NCBI GenBank assembly: GCA_963824385.1
Contig: CAWGPD010000003.1
Location: 64,001 to 128,000, forward strand
Origin: an uncultured Nitrososphaerota archaeon
GTDB lineage: Archaea; Thermoproteota; Nitrososphaeria; Nitrososphaerales; Nitrosopumilaceae
Reading direction: 5' to 3'
Length of the DNA stretch: 64,000 bases
The notes under the pieces were generated by a model. It searched no databases and was not told the DNA's origin. It saw only the letters and a program-made list of their open reading frames with translations. Shown here piece after piece: positions 10,517 to 21,327 of this stretch. Within the stretch, counting starts at the first letter, position 1. Each line of letters opens with the position of its first letter. The position numbers and the translations under genes were made by a program.

Positions 10517-11017
10517 ATGCAGGTAGCATTAAGAGAAATTGGAAACTGTGTAATTAGAAGATGCGATCTATCTGATTTAATTTCAACCATGGAGATTAAC
10601 CTAAAAACATTACCAGAACATTATTCTGACTATTTCTATGAAAGCCTACTTGCTGAATTACCTGAAGCATTTCTAGTAGCTGAGGTAGACAAGAGACTTG
10701 TTGGATATATTATGTGTAAAATTGAATATGGCTTTTCAAACTTCAAAAAACTTGGATTTGTAAAAAAAGGTCATGTTGTATCTGTAGCAGTATTGCCAGA
10801 GTATAGACGAAAAGGAATTGGAGAAGGTCTAGTTCAAGAATCTATTGAAGGGATAAAACTGAAAAAATCTGATGAGCTCTATCTTGAGGTCAGAACTAGT
10901 AACAATGAAGCGGTAAAATTGTATGAAAAACTTGGATTTATTATAAAACAGAGACTAAAAGCCTACTATCGTGATGGCGAAGATGCGTATCTTATGGCAA
11001 TTGAGTTTGCCTACTAG
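10517..11017 (+). CDS. rimI: N-terminal acetyltransferase RimI/Ard1
   Basis: LPEHY, GHVVSVAV...RRKGIG, LEVR.SN, YY.DGEDAYLM. Confidence 0.92.
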   Translation: MQVALREIGNCVIRRCDLSDLISTMEINLKTLPEHYSDYFYESLLAELPEAFLVAEVDKRLVGYIMCKIEYGFSNFKKLGFVKKGHVVSVAVLPEYRRKGIGEGLVQESIEGIKLKKSDELYLEVRTSNNEAVKLYEKLGFIIKQRLKAYYRDGEDAYLMAIEFAY

Positions 11018-11054
11018 ATTAAAATAAATAAGTCAGAAAAAGACTCTATAGCTT

Positions 11055-11276
11055 ATGACAAGACAACGAAATGTTGGAATTATGATCTTTGTCTTGGCAA
11101 TTGTAGGATTTTTTCTCTATGCATATCTACTAATGCTCTCTGAATGGAGTCCTATTGTACTACAACTCTCAGTATTAATGGCCGTGGGAGGAATTCTTGG
11201 AGTCATTTCTTGGATAGGATATAACATGGCAACATCAAGACCATCTCCATCTTCTCTTGTAACAGATGACAAGTAA
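11055..11276 (+). CDS. Small two-TM membrane protein
   Basis: Two hydrophobic helices, WIGY.MAT tail. Confidence 0.7.
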   Translation: MTRQRNVGIMIFVLAIVGFFLYAYLLMLSEWSPIVLQLSVLMAVGGILGVISWIGYNMATSRPSPSSLVTDDK

Positions 11277-12113
11277 TCACTTGGATATCGCAGCATCAAC
11301 AACTGCTTGATAAAATCTTGGACCTACGGGTCTTACTATCTTTGCTCCTAAAATTTCTGATTTGACCTTTACAACACTTAGAAAATGCTGCGGTGCAAGT
11401 GATGCGACCTGGTCTTTCTTTTCTGCATGAATATGACAGTAATAGTGAATTATTGCTTTTTTCTTTGCTGCTTTTATGGCAGAGTCTAAAAATTCGTCTG
11501 ATCTTTCAGGTAATAACATTAAAACTCTGTCTCCTACTTCAAGCAATCTTTCTTCTATTATTTTTGTAGCATCGCCCTCTATGGATTCAACAGTTCCTTT
11601 TAGTTTGTTTAATAGTATATTCTCTGAGCATAATCTAGCTGCATCAGGATTGATATCTATATTGTAAACATGACATTTCTTTTTCTTTGCCGCAACAATA
11701 GAAAACATTCCAACACCACCAAACATATTGATTATTGTCTCTCCCTCATTGATCAATCCTGCAATTCTATCTCGCTCAGTTGAAAGTCTCGGTGAAAAAA
11801 AGGTCTTTTCCACATCCACTTTAAATCTACAACCATGTTCTTTGTATTCTGTTTCAGTCTTGTCTTCTCCTGCAAGTAACTCTAGTTTTCTTATTCTAAA
11901 ATCTCCCTCAACTGGAGATGATTGGGCATAGACTGATCTTGCAGTCTTTACTTTATCTAAAAGTACTTCACCAATTATCTTTCTTTTTTGTAAAAGAGAA
12001 TCTGGAATTCTTAATATGATTATATTTCCTATCTGATCAAAGGCACCATAAAGCTCGTCTGCCTCTACTTCTGTGAGGATTCCAATCATTGCCTGTTTTA
12101 GCATCTTTGTCAA
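11277..12113 (-). CDS. Trm5/Taw2-family tRNA SAM-dependent transferase
   Basis: YKEHGCRFKVD, FFSPRLSTER, NMFGGVG, DINPDA. Confidence 0.88.
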   Translation of the reverse strand: MTKMLKQAMIGILTEVEADELYGAFDQIGNIIILRIPDSLLQKRKIIGEVLLDKVKTARSVYAQSSPVEGDFRIRKLELLAGEDKTETEYKEHGCRFKVDVEKTFFSPRLSTERDRIAGLINEGETIINMFGGVGMFSIVAAKKKKCHVYNIDINPDAARLCSENILLNKLKGTVESIEGDATKIIEERLLEVGDRVLMLLPERSDEFLDSAIKAAKKKAIIHYYCHIHAEKKDQVASLAPQHFLSVVKVKSEILGAKIVRPVGPRFYQAVVDAAISK

Positions 12114-13893
12114 TTTCTATAGTAAAACTTTCCAGATTGTTTTTGTTCTCTGTCCAGTCGACTCTCCAATTTGTTTACTCTAGGTCTCATACTTGTTTCA
12201 TCTCGTCTGTATGTCATTTCAAGAGATTTCAAGAATTCGTTCATACCCTCAACTTTAGGTTTTGGAGTTGTTGCATGACCTTCTCTTCCAGGAGTTCCAT
12301 GAAATATTACAATTGAATCAGAAATCAAATCCATAAGTTGAATATCATGGTCAACTATTATTGCAGATTTTCCATACGATCTTACATATCTTTGAATGAG
12401 TTTTGCTACAGTATTCTATCTTCAACATCCAAGAATGCAGAAGGTTCGTCAAGTGCATAAATGTCAACTTTTTGCAAAAGACATGCTCCAATTGCTACTT
12501 TTTGAAGTTCACCACCTGATAAATTCTTGACAGATTTATTGTATAATTTTTTTATCTTCATTGGATTGACTATGATTTCCTCTTCCGGAGTTTCTTCTAT
12601 TGTTCCACCATGTGCTTTTTCAAGAAGCGTAATTACCTCAACATCATAATCATTTGTTAGATATTGCGGTTTGTAGGCAATCTTTACTTTGCTTTCTATA
12701 TTTCCAGAGTCAGGCTTTTCAACACCTGCAATCATCTTCATCATTGTTGTTTTTCCTAATGCATTTGCACCTACGACGCCTAGAACTTCGCTTTTCCTTA
12801 CTCTGCCTGCTTCAATTGAAAGTGAAAAATTTGCAAATTTTTTCTCTAATTTTGGATATGTCATGATATTTTCTATAGTAACAAATTCATCTATGGTGTT
12901 AACTGCATCAAATTTGAATGCGATATCTCTGAACCTGACGTTTTCATTAGGAAGATATCCATCTAGGAATACATTGATTCCAACCTTGGTTGAGAGCATG
13001 CTTGCAACTATGCCATATGCTGCAGGCTCACCATAAAGAATCTCGATAAAATCACTAAGATAGTCTAGTAATGTTAAATCATGTTCTACTACCATCACAC
13101 TCTTTCCAATTTTTGCAAGATCTTGAATCACTCTTGCAACTCCGATTCTCTGAAAGACATCGTTATACGATGAAGGCTCGTCAAAGAAATAAAAATCTGA
13201 TTCTCTTGACGCAGCAACGGCCACGGCTATTCTTTGTAATTCTCCTCCACTCAGGTCTGCCAGTGTATTTTCTAAAGAATTTTGTAATCCAAGTTGTTGA
13301 ATCAATTCTTTTGCCTTTCCACGTTCATCATATTTTTCAAAAAGTTCTTTTGCAGTACCATCAAATACTTTTGCTAGGTTGTACACTTGCTGAGGTTTTA
13401 TGGATGCCTTTAATTCGTTATTTGCAATTTTTTCAAAATGCGGTTTAAGTTCAGTACCTTGAAAATGTTTTAAAATTTGACTCCATTCCGGAGGTGAAGC
13501 AAAATCTCCTAAGTTTGGTCTTAGATTTCCAGATAATATGCCTACAACTGTACTCTTGCCAATGCCGTTTCTTCCTAGTAGACCCATGACTTGACCTTTC
13601 TTCAAACTTGGAATTTTGTAGAGTCTAAATGCATTTTGTCCATATTGGTGAATCTTATCTGATTTTAATTCCTCTGCTAAATTGACAATTGTTATTGCAT
13701 CAAATGGACAAACCTTGACACAAATTCCACATCCGTTGCAAATGTTTTCATCGATTTGAGCCTTGGCGGTTTCTTCATTTAGAACTATACAATCTGATCC
13801 CATCTTGTTTACTGGACAATATTTGATGCATTCCAGCCCACATTTTTTTGTCTGACAACTTTCTTTATCTAAAACTGCTACTCGATGGGTCAT
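12110..13893 (-). CDS. rli: Ribosome recycling ATPase ABCE1/RLI (frameshift near 12411 splits it into two track ORFs)
   Basis: N-terminal Fe-S cysteines, two ABC domains; ORF 12110-12334 is the canonical C-terminus (TYRRD...RPRVNK). Confidence 0.95.
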
Positions 13894-13967
13894 GTGTAAC
13901 CACTTTTTTCTGAATTTATATCTCTATCAAGTAAGATTAATACATAACATTAGAAATTAAAGAAAAC

Positions 13968-14085
13968 AAGCCGGCCACAGCGTTGGGGTCCGACCCGGTC
14001 CCATTCCGAACCCGGAAGTCAAACCCAATGTCGCTACTGTGCTACTTAGGTGCGAGAGCCCTTGGGAAGCAGTAGTGCTGGCGCC
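13968..14085 (+). rRNA. rrf: 5S rRNA (stand-alone)
   Basis: GGCCACAGCG...CCCGGTCCCATTCCGAACCCGGAAGTCAA...GCGAG...GGGAA...TGCTGGC; ends approximate. Confidence 0.93.
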
Positions 14086-14089
14086 TTTT

Positions 14090-14347
14090 CTATTCTAGTG
14101 CTACAGAATTAGGTGTGGCATGCCATGTCGTTTCTATAGGTGTATCTTCATCAACGCCTCTTTTTTGCGAATCGTCTGGAAATTCATTGATATATTCCAA
14201 TAGTAGATCTTTGACAATTTTATCAATCTCTACAATTGATGGCGTATCTGTGAATAGAGATGGTATCTCACTACATGCTACGACATAGCCGTTTGCGTTA
14301 GGTGTTATAGTAAAGGTGATTTTGTGGGCTCTATGGTTATTTTGCAT
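14090..14347 (-). CDS. HicB-like/DUF1902-like small protein
   Basis: GYVVACSEIPSLFTD...EIDKIVKDLL pattern; ATG at 14347 is the more plausible start. Confidence 0.55.
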   Translation of the reverse strand: MQNNHRAHKITFTITPNANGYVVACSEIPSLFTDTPSIVEIDKIVKDLLLEYINEFPDDSQKRGVDEDTPIETTWHATPNSVALE

Positions 14348-14399
14348 TATATTGTATTGTATACAAAACCTAAAAAGATCTCGGTCATTTAGTAAAATC

Positions 14400-14528
14400 A
14401 TGAGCAATTGTTCTATATGTGGAGAAAAATTCTCTGATGACATTAGATTCCTAAATCATATGATGGACAAGCATGGATTTAGAAATCCAAATAGCGGAAC
14501 TCCTGACAGAAATAGTAGAGGATACTAG
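14400..14528 (+). CDS. 42-aa C2H2 zinc-finger microprotein
   Basis: MSNCSICGEKFSDDIRFLNHMMDKHG: C-x2-C-x12-H-x4-H. Confidence 0.7.
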   Translation: MSNCSICGEKFSDDIRFLNHMMDKHGFRNPNSGTPDRNSRGY

Positions 14529-14536
14529 TAGTTCTT

Positions 14537-14926
14537 TTAAGACTTTAGAGATATTCTTTCACTATTGGAAAGCAGACTCTTTGTTCTTGTAAAAAAAGAT
14601 CTTATAGTTTTACAATCTTGACTACAACTAGAAGATGGCACGTACTCTAGTTTTGTTCTTGACTTGCCCATCAGAATGCTTTGAAGGAGAGGTAAAATTG
14701 CTGCTCTTCCACCGTAGGCAGTTTTCTTTGTTATAAACCAGAACATTATAGTAGAATCATAATCTTGCTTAAAAATCTCTGATTTTATTTTCATACCTAT
14801 ATCGGAGTAATGACCTACTAACAAGATCTTGTCTTTAGCAAAGGCATGAACAAAGCTAGCAAATTTTGAACACAGATAACATTTATCATCATAAATCACA
14901 AGGGGGACAAGTTCTCCAATATTCAT
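14537..14926 (-). CDS. DCC1/DUF393-like thiol-disulfide oxidoreductase
   Basis: VIYDDKCYLC (DxxCxxC); ATG 14926 likely start. Confidence 0.75.
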   Translation of the reverse strand: MNIGELVPLVIYDDKCYLCSKFASFVHAFAKDKILLVGHYSDIGMKIKSEIFKQDYDSTIMFWFITKKTAYGGRAAILPLLQSILMGKSRTKLEYVPSSSCSQDCKTIRSFFTRTKSLLSNSERISLKS

Positions 14927-15043
14927 GTTTATCACAAGTTGTTTTTGGATTAATGTTTTGTGAAATAACTTTTTATTTGATACAAATACGGTAAAAATCA
15001 TGAATTTGAATTCTAGTTATAATTTTGAAATTCAAATTATGGA

Positions 15044-16717
15044 ATGGGTATGGCCCTAAATTATTATCATATTTTCAAGAGAGTAAAAGAAGCAAGAAAA
15101 CTTGTTATCAGAGGAATCACTACCGCAGGGTCTGGTCATCCAGGCGGTTCATTCTCAATGGCCGAAATTATGGGGTGCATGTATTTCAAATTCCTAAAAT
15201 ATGATCCAAAAAACCCTCTCTGGGCAGATAGAGACAGACTTGTTTTATCCAAAGGACATGCATCTCCTGGATTATTCTCAAACCTTGCAGTAGCTGGATT
15301 TTTTGACAAATCTGAGATGGAGACTCTACGAAAATTTGGAAGTAGATTACAAGGTCATCCAGACTTGAAATGTCCCGGAGTTGAGTTCTGTGGAGGATCA
15401 CTTGGATTAGGCTTGTCATTTTCAACTGGAATGGCTCTAGCAGCAAGAATTGATGGGAAAAATCATCATATCTATACCATAATAGGAGATGGTGAATCAG
15501 ATGAGGGACAAGTTTGGGAAGCTGCCATGACTGGTTCTAAATATCGCGTTGATAATCTCACTGTTTTCTTGGACAGAAATTTCATTCAGCAAGATGACTA
15601 TACTGAAAGAATAATGCCCCTAGATGAGGAGCTTGTAGGTGATGATATTTCTGAGATGTGGAAAAATGCTGCAAGGTGGAAAGTGGGAGACAAGTGGAGA
15701 TCTTTTGGATGGAATGTTTTAGAAATTGATGGTCATAGAATAGAACAAATCGTCAAGGCAGTAAACTCTGCACTTCAAACAAAAGGAACACCAACTATTA
15801 TTGTATCTCGCACAATCAAAGGCAAATCGGTAGAACACATGGAGGATAATCCAAAATGGCATGGTGTTGCACCAAATCCTCAGATATCGCCAATAATTGA
15901 TCTAGAGCTAGACTGTCAATCTTTGATATCTCCATCTGTAATTGCTGGAGATATGACAAACTTGGAAAACGAGGTTAAGAGAGCTGCACATGCACGGGCA
16001 GATTTTATTCATCTTGATGTGATGGATGGAATGTTTGTTGAGAATAAAACATTTGATCATGAAAAGATAAAACAACTAAGGCCGATTACGCCAATTCCTT
16101 TTGATACACATCTTATGATAAATGAACCTGTAAAGCATGTCAAAAACTATGTAGATGCTGGATGTGATATTATAACAGTACATGCCGAAATATGTGACGA
16201 ATCAAGTTTTGGAGAGATTCACGACATTCTTCGTTCAAACAAGGTAAGTATAGGTCTTGCAATTAATCCTAGTACTGAATTACCTCAATGGTCAGAGAAA
16301 TTTATTTCAGATTTGGATCAACTAATTATAATGTCCGTAATTCCAGGCAAATCTGGTCAAAAATACATTGAATCTACACACGAAAAGACTCAGCGAATAG
16401 CCAAATTCTTGTCTGAGAGAAAATTTGAGGGTCTAATAGAGGCCGATGGAGGTGTAGATTTGTCTAACGTTGAATCTGTTTTCTTGGACGGTGCAAGAGT
16501 GTTTGTAGGTGGTAGTGCAATAATAGGACAAAAAGATGTTCGTACAACAATACTTGAATTTAGAAAAAAGATTATGCATGCAAGAAGAAGCTTGTTAATT
16601 AACAAAGCACATACTCTTGGTGGAGTTGATCTTGTTAAAAAATGGATTGACTTACATGAAGTAGGAAAGAAAAAGACTGAACTCTTACAAATTGCCCAGG
16701 AGGCAGGTTTTGTATGA
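15044..16717 (+). CDS. Transketolase N-terminal subunit fused to ribulose-phosphate 3-epimerase
   Basis: GHPGG, LSKGH, GDGE TPP motif, then HLDVMDG, DTHLM, ITVHAE, ADGG of Rpe. Confidence 0.92.
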   Translation: MGMALNYYHIFKRVKEARKLVIRGITTAGSGHPGGSFSMAEIMGCMYFKFLKYDPKNPLWADRDRLVLSKGHASPGLFSNLAVAGFFDKSEMETLRKFGSRLQGHPDLKCPGVEFCGGSLGLGLSFSTGMALAARIDGKNHHIYTIIGDGESDEGQVWEAAMTGSKYRVDNLTVFLDRNFIQQDDYTERIMPLDEELVGDDISEMWKNAARWKVGDKWRSFGWNVLEIDGHRIEQIVKAVNSALQTKGTPTIIVSRTIKGKSVEHMEDNPKWHGVAPNPQISPIIDLELDCQSLISPSVIAGDMTNLENEVKRAAHARADFIHLDVMDGMFVENKTFDHEKIKQLRPITPIPFDTHLMINEPVKHVKNYVDAGCDIITVHAEICDESSFGEIHDILRSNKVSIGLAINPSTELPQWSEKFISDLDQLIIMSVIPGKSGQKYIESTHEKTQRIAKFLSERKFEGLIEADGGVDLSNVESVFLDGARVFVGGSAIIGQKDVRTTILEFRKKIMHARRSLLINKAHTLGGVDLVKKWIDLHEVGKKKTELLQIAQEAGFV

Positions 16718-17682
16718 CAGAGTTTACTGATATGAGAACAGTTTATGGAGAGACTCTAATCAAGTTAGGAGAAGAGAACACTGATGTTGTTGTAGTTGGT
16801 GCTGATACTACAGATTCATTAAAGACCAAGCCTTTTGGAAAAAAATTTCCAAATAGATTCTTCAATGTTGGAATTGCTGAAGCAAACCTGATAACTATTG
16901 CAGCAGGTCTTGCAAACGAGGGAAAAATTCCATTTGCAAGTACATATGCAGCATTTCTTCCTGGTAGATGTGTTGATCAAATACGTAATGCAATAGCATA
17001 TCCTTCAAGAAATGGTAAGAATGGATTGAATGTGAAAATGGTTGTGTCACACGGTGGCCTTAGTGTGGGTCCTGATGGTGGTTCACATCAACAAATTGAA
17101 GATATTGCAATAATGCGAGTTATTCCAAATGTTAAAGTCTTTATTCCATCTGATACTGTCACTGTAGAAAAACTAACTCGAATTTTTGCTCAAGTTTATG
17201 GTCCATGTTACATGAGATTGGCAAGATCAAAGACACCGGTAATTCATTCAAAAGAACAAGATTTTCAAATTGGTAAAGGTATTGTATTACGAGATGGTTC
17301 GGACTGTACAATTGTTGCATGTGGTATAACAGTTAGCATTGCCCTTGAGGCAGCTGATGCTTTGAAGCAGGAAGGAATAGCATGTAGAGTTATTGACATG
17401 TTCTCAATCAAACCTGTAGATTCTGAACTTTTAGAAAAAGCTGCTCGTGAGACAGGTGGAATTGTTACTTGTGAAGAACATAATATTGTAGCTGGATTTG
17501 GTTCTGCAGTTGCTGAGACCGTCTCTGATATGTACCCTGTTCCTGTAAAACGCATTGGTGCGCAAGACAAATTTGGTGAATCTGCAAGAGATGCCGAGAT
17601 TCCTCTATTACTTGAAAAACATGGTATCACATCAATTCATATATCTAATACTGTCAAGTCTATTCGGAGTCAAATCCGATGA
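16714..17682 (+). CDS. Transketolase C-terminal subunit
   Basis: NVGIAEAN, GPDGGSHQ, EEH...GFGSAVAE. Confidence 0.93.
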   Translation: MTEFTDMRTVYGETLIKLGEENTDVVVVGADTTDSLKTKPFGKKFPNRFFNVGIAEANLITIAAGLANEGKIPFASTYAAFLPGRCVDQIRNAIAYPSRNGKNGLNVKMVVSHGGLSVGPDGGSHQQIEDIAIMRVIPNVKVFIPSDTVTVEKLTRIFAQVYGPCYMRLARSKTPVIHSKEQDFQIGKGIVLRDGSDCTIVACGITVSIALEAADALKQEGIACRVIDMFSIKPVDSELLEKAARETGGIVTCEEHNIVAGFGSAVAETVSDMYPVPVKRIGAQDKFGESARDAEIPLLLEKHGITSIHISNTVKSIRSQIR

Positions 17683-18344
17683 AGATATTTCTTGATACTG
17701 CAAATATTTCTGCAATAAAGATGTATAATGATATGGGACTTGTAGATGGAATTACTACAAACCCCTCTCTTATGGCAAAGGAAGGCGGAGATCCTCAAAA
17801 AGTCATGGAGGAGATTGTTCGAATTATCAAAGGTGATGTAAGCTTGGAAGTGTTAAGTATGGAAACTAACGGAATGCTAGAAGAAGGCAGAAGACTAAGA
17901 AAATATGGAAACAATGTGGTTGTAAAATGTCCCATGACCCCTGAAGGTCTTAAGGCTTGCAAGACATTGACATCAGAAGGCATTCCAGTAAATGTCACAC
18001 TTTGCTTTTCAGTAAATCAAGCAATACTAGCAGTGAAAGCCGGTGCAAAATATGTTAGTCCATTTATTGGAAGACTGGATGACAATGGCCAAGATGGAAT
18101 GAATCTAATCAAAGAAATGCACCAAGTATTTCAAAATTACAAATTTAGCACACAAATTCTTGTTGCAAGTATTAGACATCCTATGCATGTAGTGGAAGCC
18201 GCAAAAATTGGAGCAGATGTAGTTACTTTACCACCTGATGTATTGGGTAAGATGTTAAAACATCCACTAACAGATGTCGGTCTGAAAAACTTTTTGTCAG
18301 ATTGGGAAAAACTCAAAAAAGATAATCCAAACATTAAGATCTAA
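17679..18344 (+). CDS. tal: Transaldolase (Fsa/TalC type)
   Basis: FLDTA, GITTNPSL, VVKCP, SPFIGRLDD, ASIR. Confidence 0.93.
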   Translation: MKIFLDTANISAIKMYNDMGLVDGITTNPSLMAKEGGDPQKVMEEIVRIIKGDVSLEVLSMETNGMLEEGRRLRKYGNNVVVKCPMTPEGLKACKTLTSEGIPVNVTLCFSVNQAILAVKAGAKYVSPFIGRLDDNGQDGMNLIKEMHQVFQNYKFSTQILVASIRHPMHVVEAAKIGADVVTLPPDVLGKMLKHPLTDVGLKNFLSDWEKLKKDNPNIKI

Positions 18345-18366
18345 ATTTTTTTCAATAAAATTTTTG

Positions 18367-18822
18367 CTAATGCTTTCCTATCCATTGATATCTATATTCT
18401 TCATCAAATAGTTCTGATTTTATGTCATTTTTAGACTGTCTAAATTTTATCTTGGCCTCAAAAAAACCTAGACTACCTTTGTATGGAATTGGAACTCGAA
18501 GAGCCTGCGGTTTTCTAAGCAGAAACCCGAATTTGTGACGGAAAACATCTTCGTTGAAAAGGTGTTTACCATGATCTTTTTTGAGTTCTTCTAAGGAATT
18601 GTATGATTTTACATCATAAACCTCAACTTTTCCAATAATTACTCCTATTCTTAGATTTGATTTTTCTATGCCTAATCTATCACATGCATCATCTTTGATT
18701 TTGATTGGTGCATGAATTAGACACTCTCCTCGAAACTTTGTATTCCATGTTCTTAGTTCAATAGTTTTTTTGCCATTTATTATCAAGTCGGCATAGGGTT
18801 GTGATACTGAGAGGCATTTCAT
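18367..18822 (-). CDS. ASCH domain protein
   Basis: LSVSQPYADLIINGKKTIELR, C-terminal KGSLGFF. Confidence 0.88.
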   Translation of the reverse strand: MKCLSVSQPYADLIINGKKTIELRTWNTKFRGECLIHAPIKIKDDACDRLGIEKSNLRIGVIIGKVEVYDVKSYNSLEELKKDHGKHLFNEDVFRHKFGFLLRKPQALRVPIPYKGSLGFFEAKIKFRQSKNDIKSELFDEEYRYQWIGKH

Positions 18823-18826
18823 CTCT

Positions 18827-20393
18827 TCAGCTATTTCCCAAGACATTCAAAACTCTTTTTGGAATATCGCTTAATCTACTAACAGCAAGAGTTCGCTCAT
18901 AGCCTAATCTTCTAAGATTATTTGCAATCAATATGGCATCTTCTGTATCAGGTCCAAAGCCTATGGCGACCATCTTTATGCCAATAGATTTGAAATCTCT
19001 CATTAAATGACGAACTGCGTCAGGATCTGACGGTTCTCCATCTGTCAATGTTAAAAATATGTCTGGTTTTTTTGAACGAAGAGACGGCAATAACATGTTG
19101 TAAACTTCAGCCAGTGGTGTACTTCCATTTGCTTTTATTTGTGCAAGTCTCTTGGCAGAAATATTATTCCATTTTAAATTCTCTGGCTTTATTAGCCAAC
19201 ATACAACATGTTTTTGTTCTGTGTTAAACGCATAGACCGAAAATTTTACTTTTAAATATTCTAAAACTTCACAAAGGGCAAGTGTACGCTTTCTTGTATT
19301 GTATCTCCTGATTTGCAATACTTGAAGAGTGATCTAAAAGTATGATAATCCTGGTCTTGATTGCAATTTTTCTATCTGATATGAATGGTTTATGGTCCTC
19401 CATGTACGACTCTTCATCAAATTCATCTCCTGAAAAGACATGCTCTTCCTTCCATCCAGATTTCCATTCTTTGAATTTTGCTTTTAGGTGATTTATTAGA
19501 TCTATATCAATAATCTTTGTTTCGTCCACATTTGTTGCAGTGGGAATGTTGATTCCAATTGTTTCACTACTCAAACCTTTATTCTCTGTTCTTTTTGCTT
19601 CTTCAAGCAAAACTTTGAATTCTTCAAAAACTTCTTTGCCTTCAGAAATTTTCTGGGGATCTAATTCTCCAAAATCATCTTCACGATATTTTGCAATCTT
19701 GTTTAGAGTCTTAACAAATTCCTCTTCTGAAAGTGCCATGCCAGAACTGATTTTAGGAATTGATAGTGGGATAGTTAAAAGTGGGTCAATCTCTAAGATC
19801 TTGATTATTTCAGGTACTCTTTTTTCAAGCCAGTCTGTACCATATTTTTTTTCAATTGCCTCTTTTACTATCTCTGAGGCAAGATTGATTGCCTTTTTGA
19901 CCTTCTCAAATGCACTAAGCTGCAATTCTCCCTTGATATCCCCTAGAAGAAAGTACTGAGCAAAACCTTCCACTATTCGAGTATTTCCGAATAACGTGTT
20001 CAATAATGGTCTGTATAGCCAAGCAACTCCATATCTGAAAATAATTTCACTGTCCATTCCCTGCCAAACAGTTCTTGCAATAGTCTCAATTCTTCTTGTT
20101 TCAAGAGTATTGAGGATAAATCCAAAAGCGTGATCATTACTAAGAATTTTACTTGAATATCTGATTCTCATTGCTTCATACCACAAGGCAGTTCTGAATT
20201 GGCGATATTTTTGAAAATCAGTTCCTTGATATTTTTCTAATGGAAACATTATGACTTTATTTTCTTTTAGTTTAGTTTGTACTTCTTTTTGATCCGATAT
20301 GCTAACTATAATGGATTCTTTTCCAGACCATCTTCTAACAAGAAATGTAGATATTTCAATTAATGTGTCATTTCTAAGATGTAATGATTGCAT
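18827..20393 (-). CDS. VWA-domain partner of MoxR ATPase (frameshift near 19286)
   Basis: MIDAS DHSSS, GSTPLAE and TDGEP split across two track ORFs. Confidence 0.85.
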
Positions 20394-21190
20394 TAACTAC
20401 CAAACATCGATGTTATGATGTCATTTACTTTTTGGAATTCGACGCTACCCCATTGCAAGTATATGTTGGCAAATACTACCTCTGCCGCTTGCCTTGTTTT
20501 CATACCTGAATCAAGAATCTTTGCAAATGCTATTGTTTCACGCAAGCTTGGAGAATAGTATAACTCTTCTACTGCAGCTGCTTGTCGTAAAATATTTGCC
20601 AATTTTATTCCTTGCAAGATCTCCTTTTCATGAGATGATGATGAATACTGCTTGACTATTCGAAATTCAATATCCTCTGGTGGATAATCTAGTCTAAGTC
20701 TTATGGGGAATCTGCTTAGTAATTGTGGTGGAAGCTCTTTTGTACCAACATGTGATAACGGATTAATTGTAGCAACAACAAACCATCCTTTAGTAGCTTT
20801 TATCAATTCTCCACCCGATTCTTTTAGAACAATCTGTCTTCTATCATCAAGTGCTTCATCAAGGCGAAGAAGGACGTCTGCCTCTGCAGAATTTATCTCA
20901 TCAAGATAAAGCATGTTTCCCTCTCTCATGGATTTGACTAGGATTCCTTGCTCAAATCCAATTGCACCGTTTTCCATTGTTTTTGCTCCTACCAGATGAC
21001 TCTCACGTGTTCTTAAACTAAAATTGATTGACTCTAGCTTTATTCCTTTTCTTGTGGCAAATTCTCTTACTAGTGTAGTCTTACCTGTACCCTTGGGACC
21101 TATTATGAGAACAAATAGATCAGCGGCAAATGCTTTGTCTAGAACTTCAAATGAATTATTCCAATCAATATACAATGATTCTGTAAGCAT
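20393..21190 (-). CDS. MoxR-family (CbbQ/NirQ/NorQ type) AAA+ ATPase
   Basis: GPKGTGKT, LYLDEIN, ATINP, LLSRF. Confidence 0.9.
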   Translation of the reverse strand: MLTESLYIDWNNSFEVLDKAFAADLFVLIIGPKGTGKTTLVREFATRKGIKLESINFSLRTRESHLVGAKTMENGAIGFEQGILVKSMREGNMLYLDEINSAEADVLLRLDEALDDRRQIVLKESGGELIKATKGWFVVATINPLSHVGTKELPPQLLSRFPIRLRLDYPPEDIEFRIVKQYSSSSHEKEILQGIKLANILRQAAAVEELYYSPSLRETIAFAKILDSGMKTRQAAEVVFANIYLQWGSVEFQKVNDIITSMFGS

Positions 21191-21327
21191 GTTTGAACAA
21201 AGTTCTTTCCTTAATTTAAAAATGTCTCATTGTTTAACACTAGGTATAGCAGAATTAATCTTCAAAGAATGTGAAAAGCAGTTCTATTCCAATTAATATT
21301 CCTTGATCTAAATATCTTTGAATTTTT

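Noticed and set aside
12110..12334. Separate 74-aa gene
   Set aside because: It is the C-terminus of ABCE1 beyond a frameshift.
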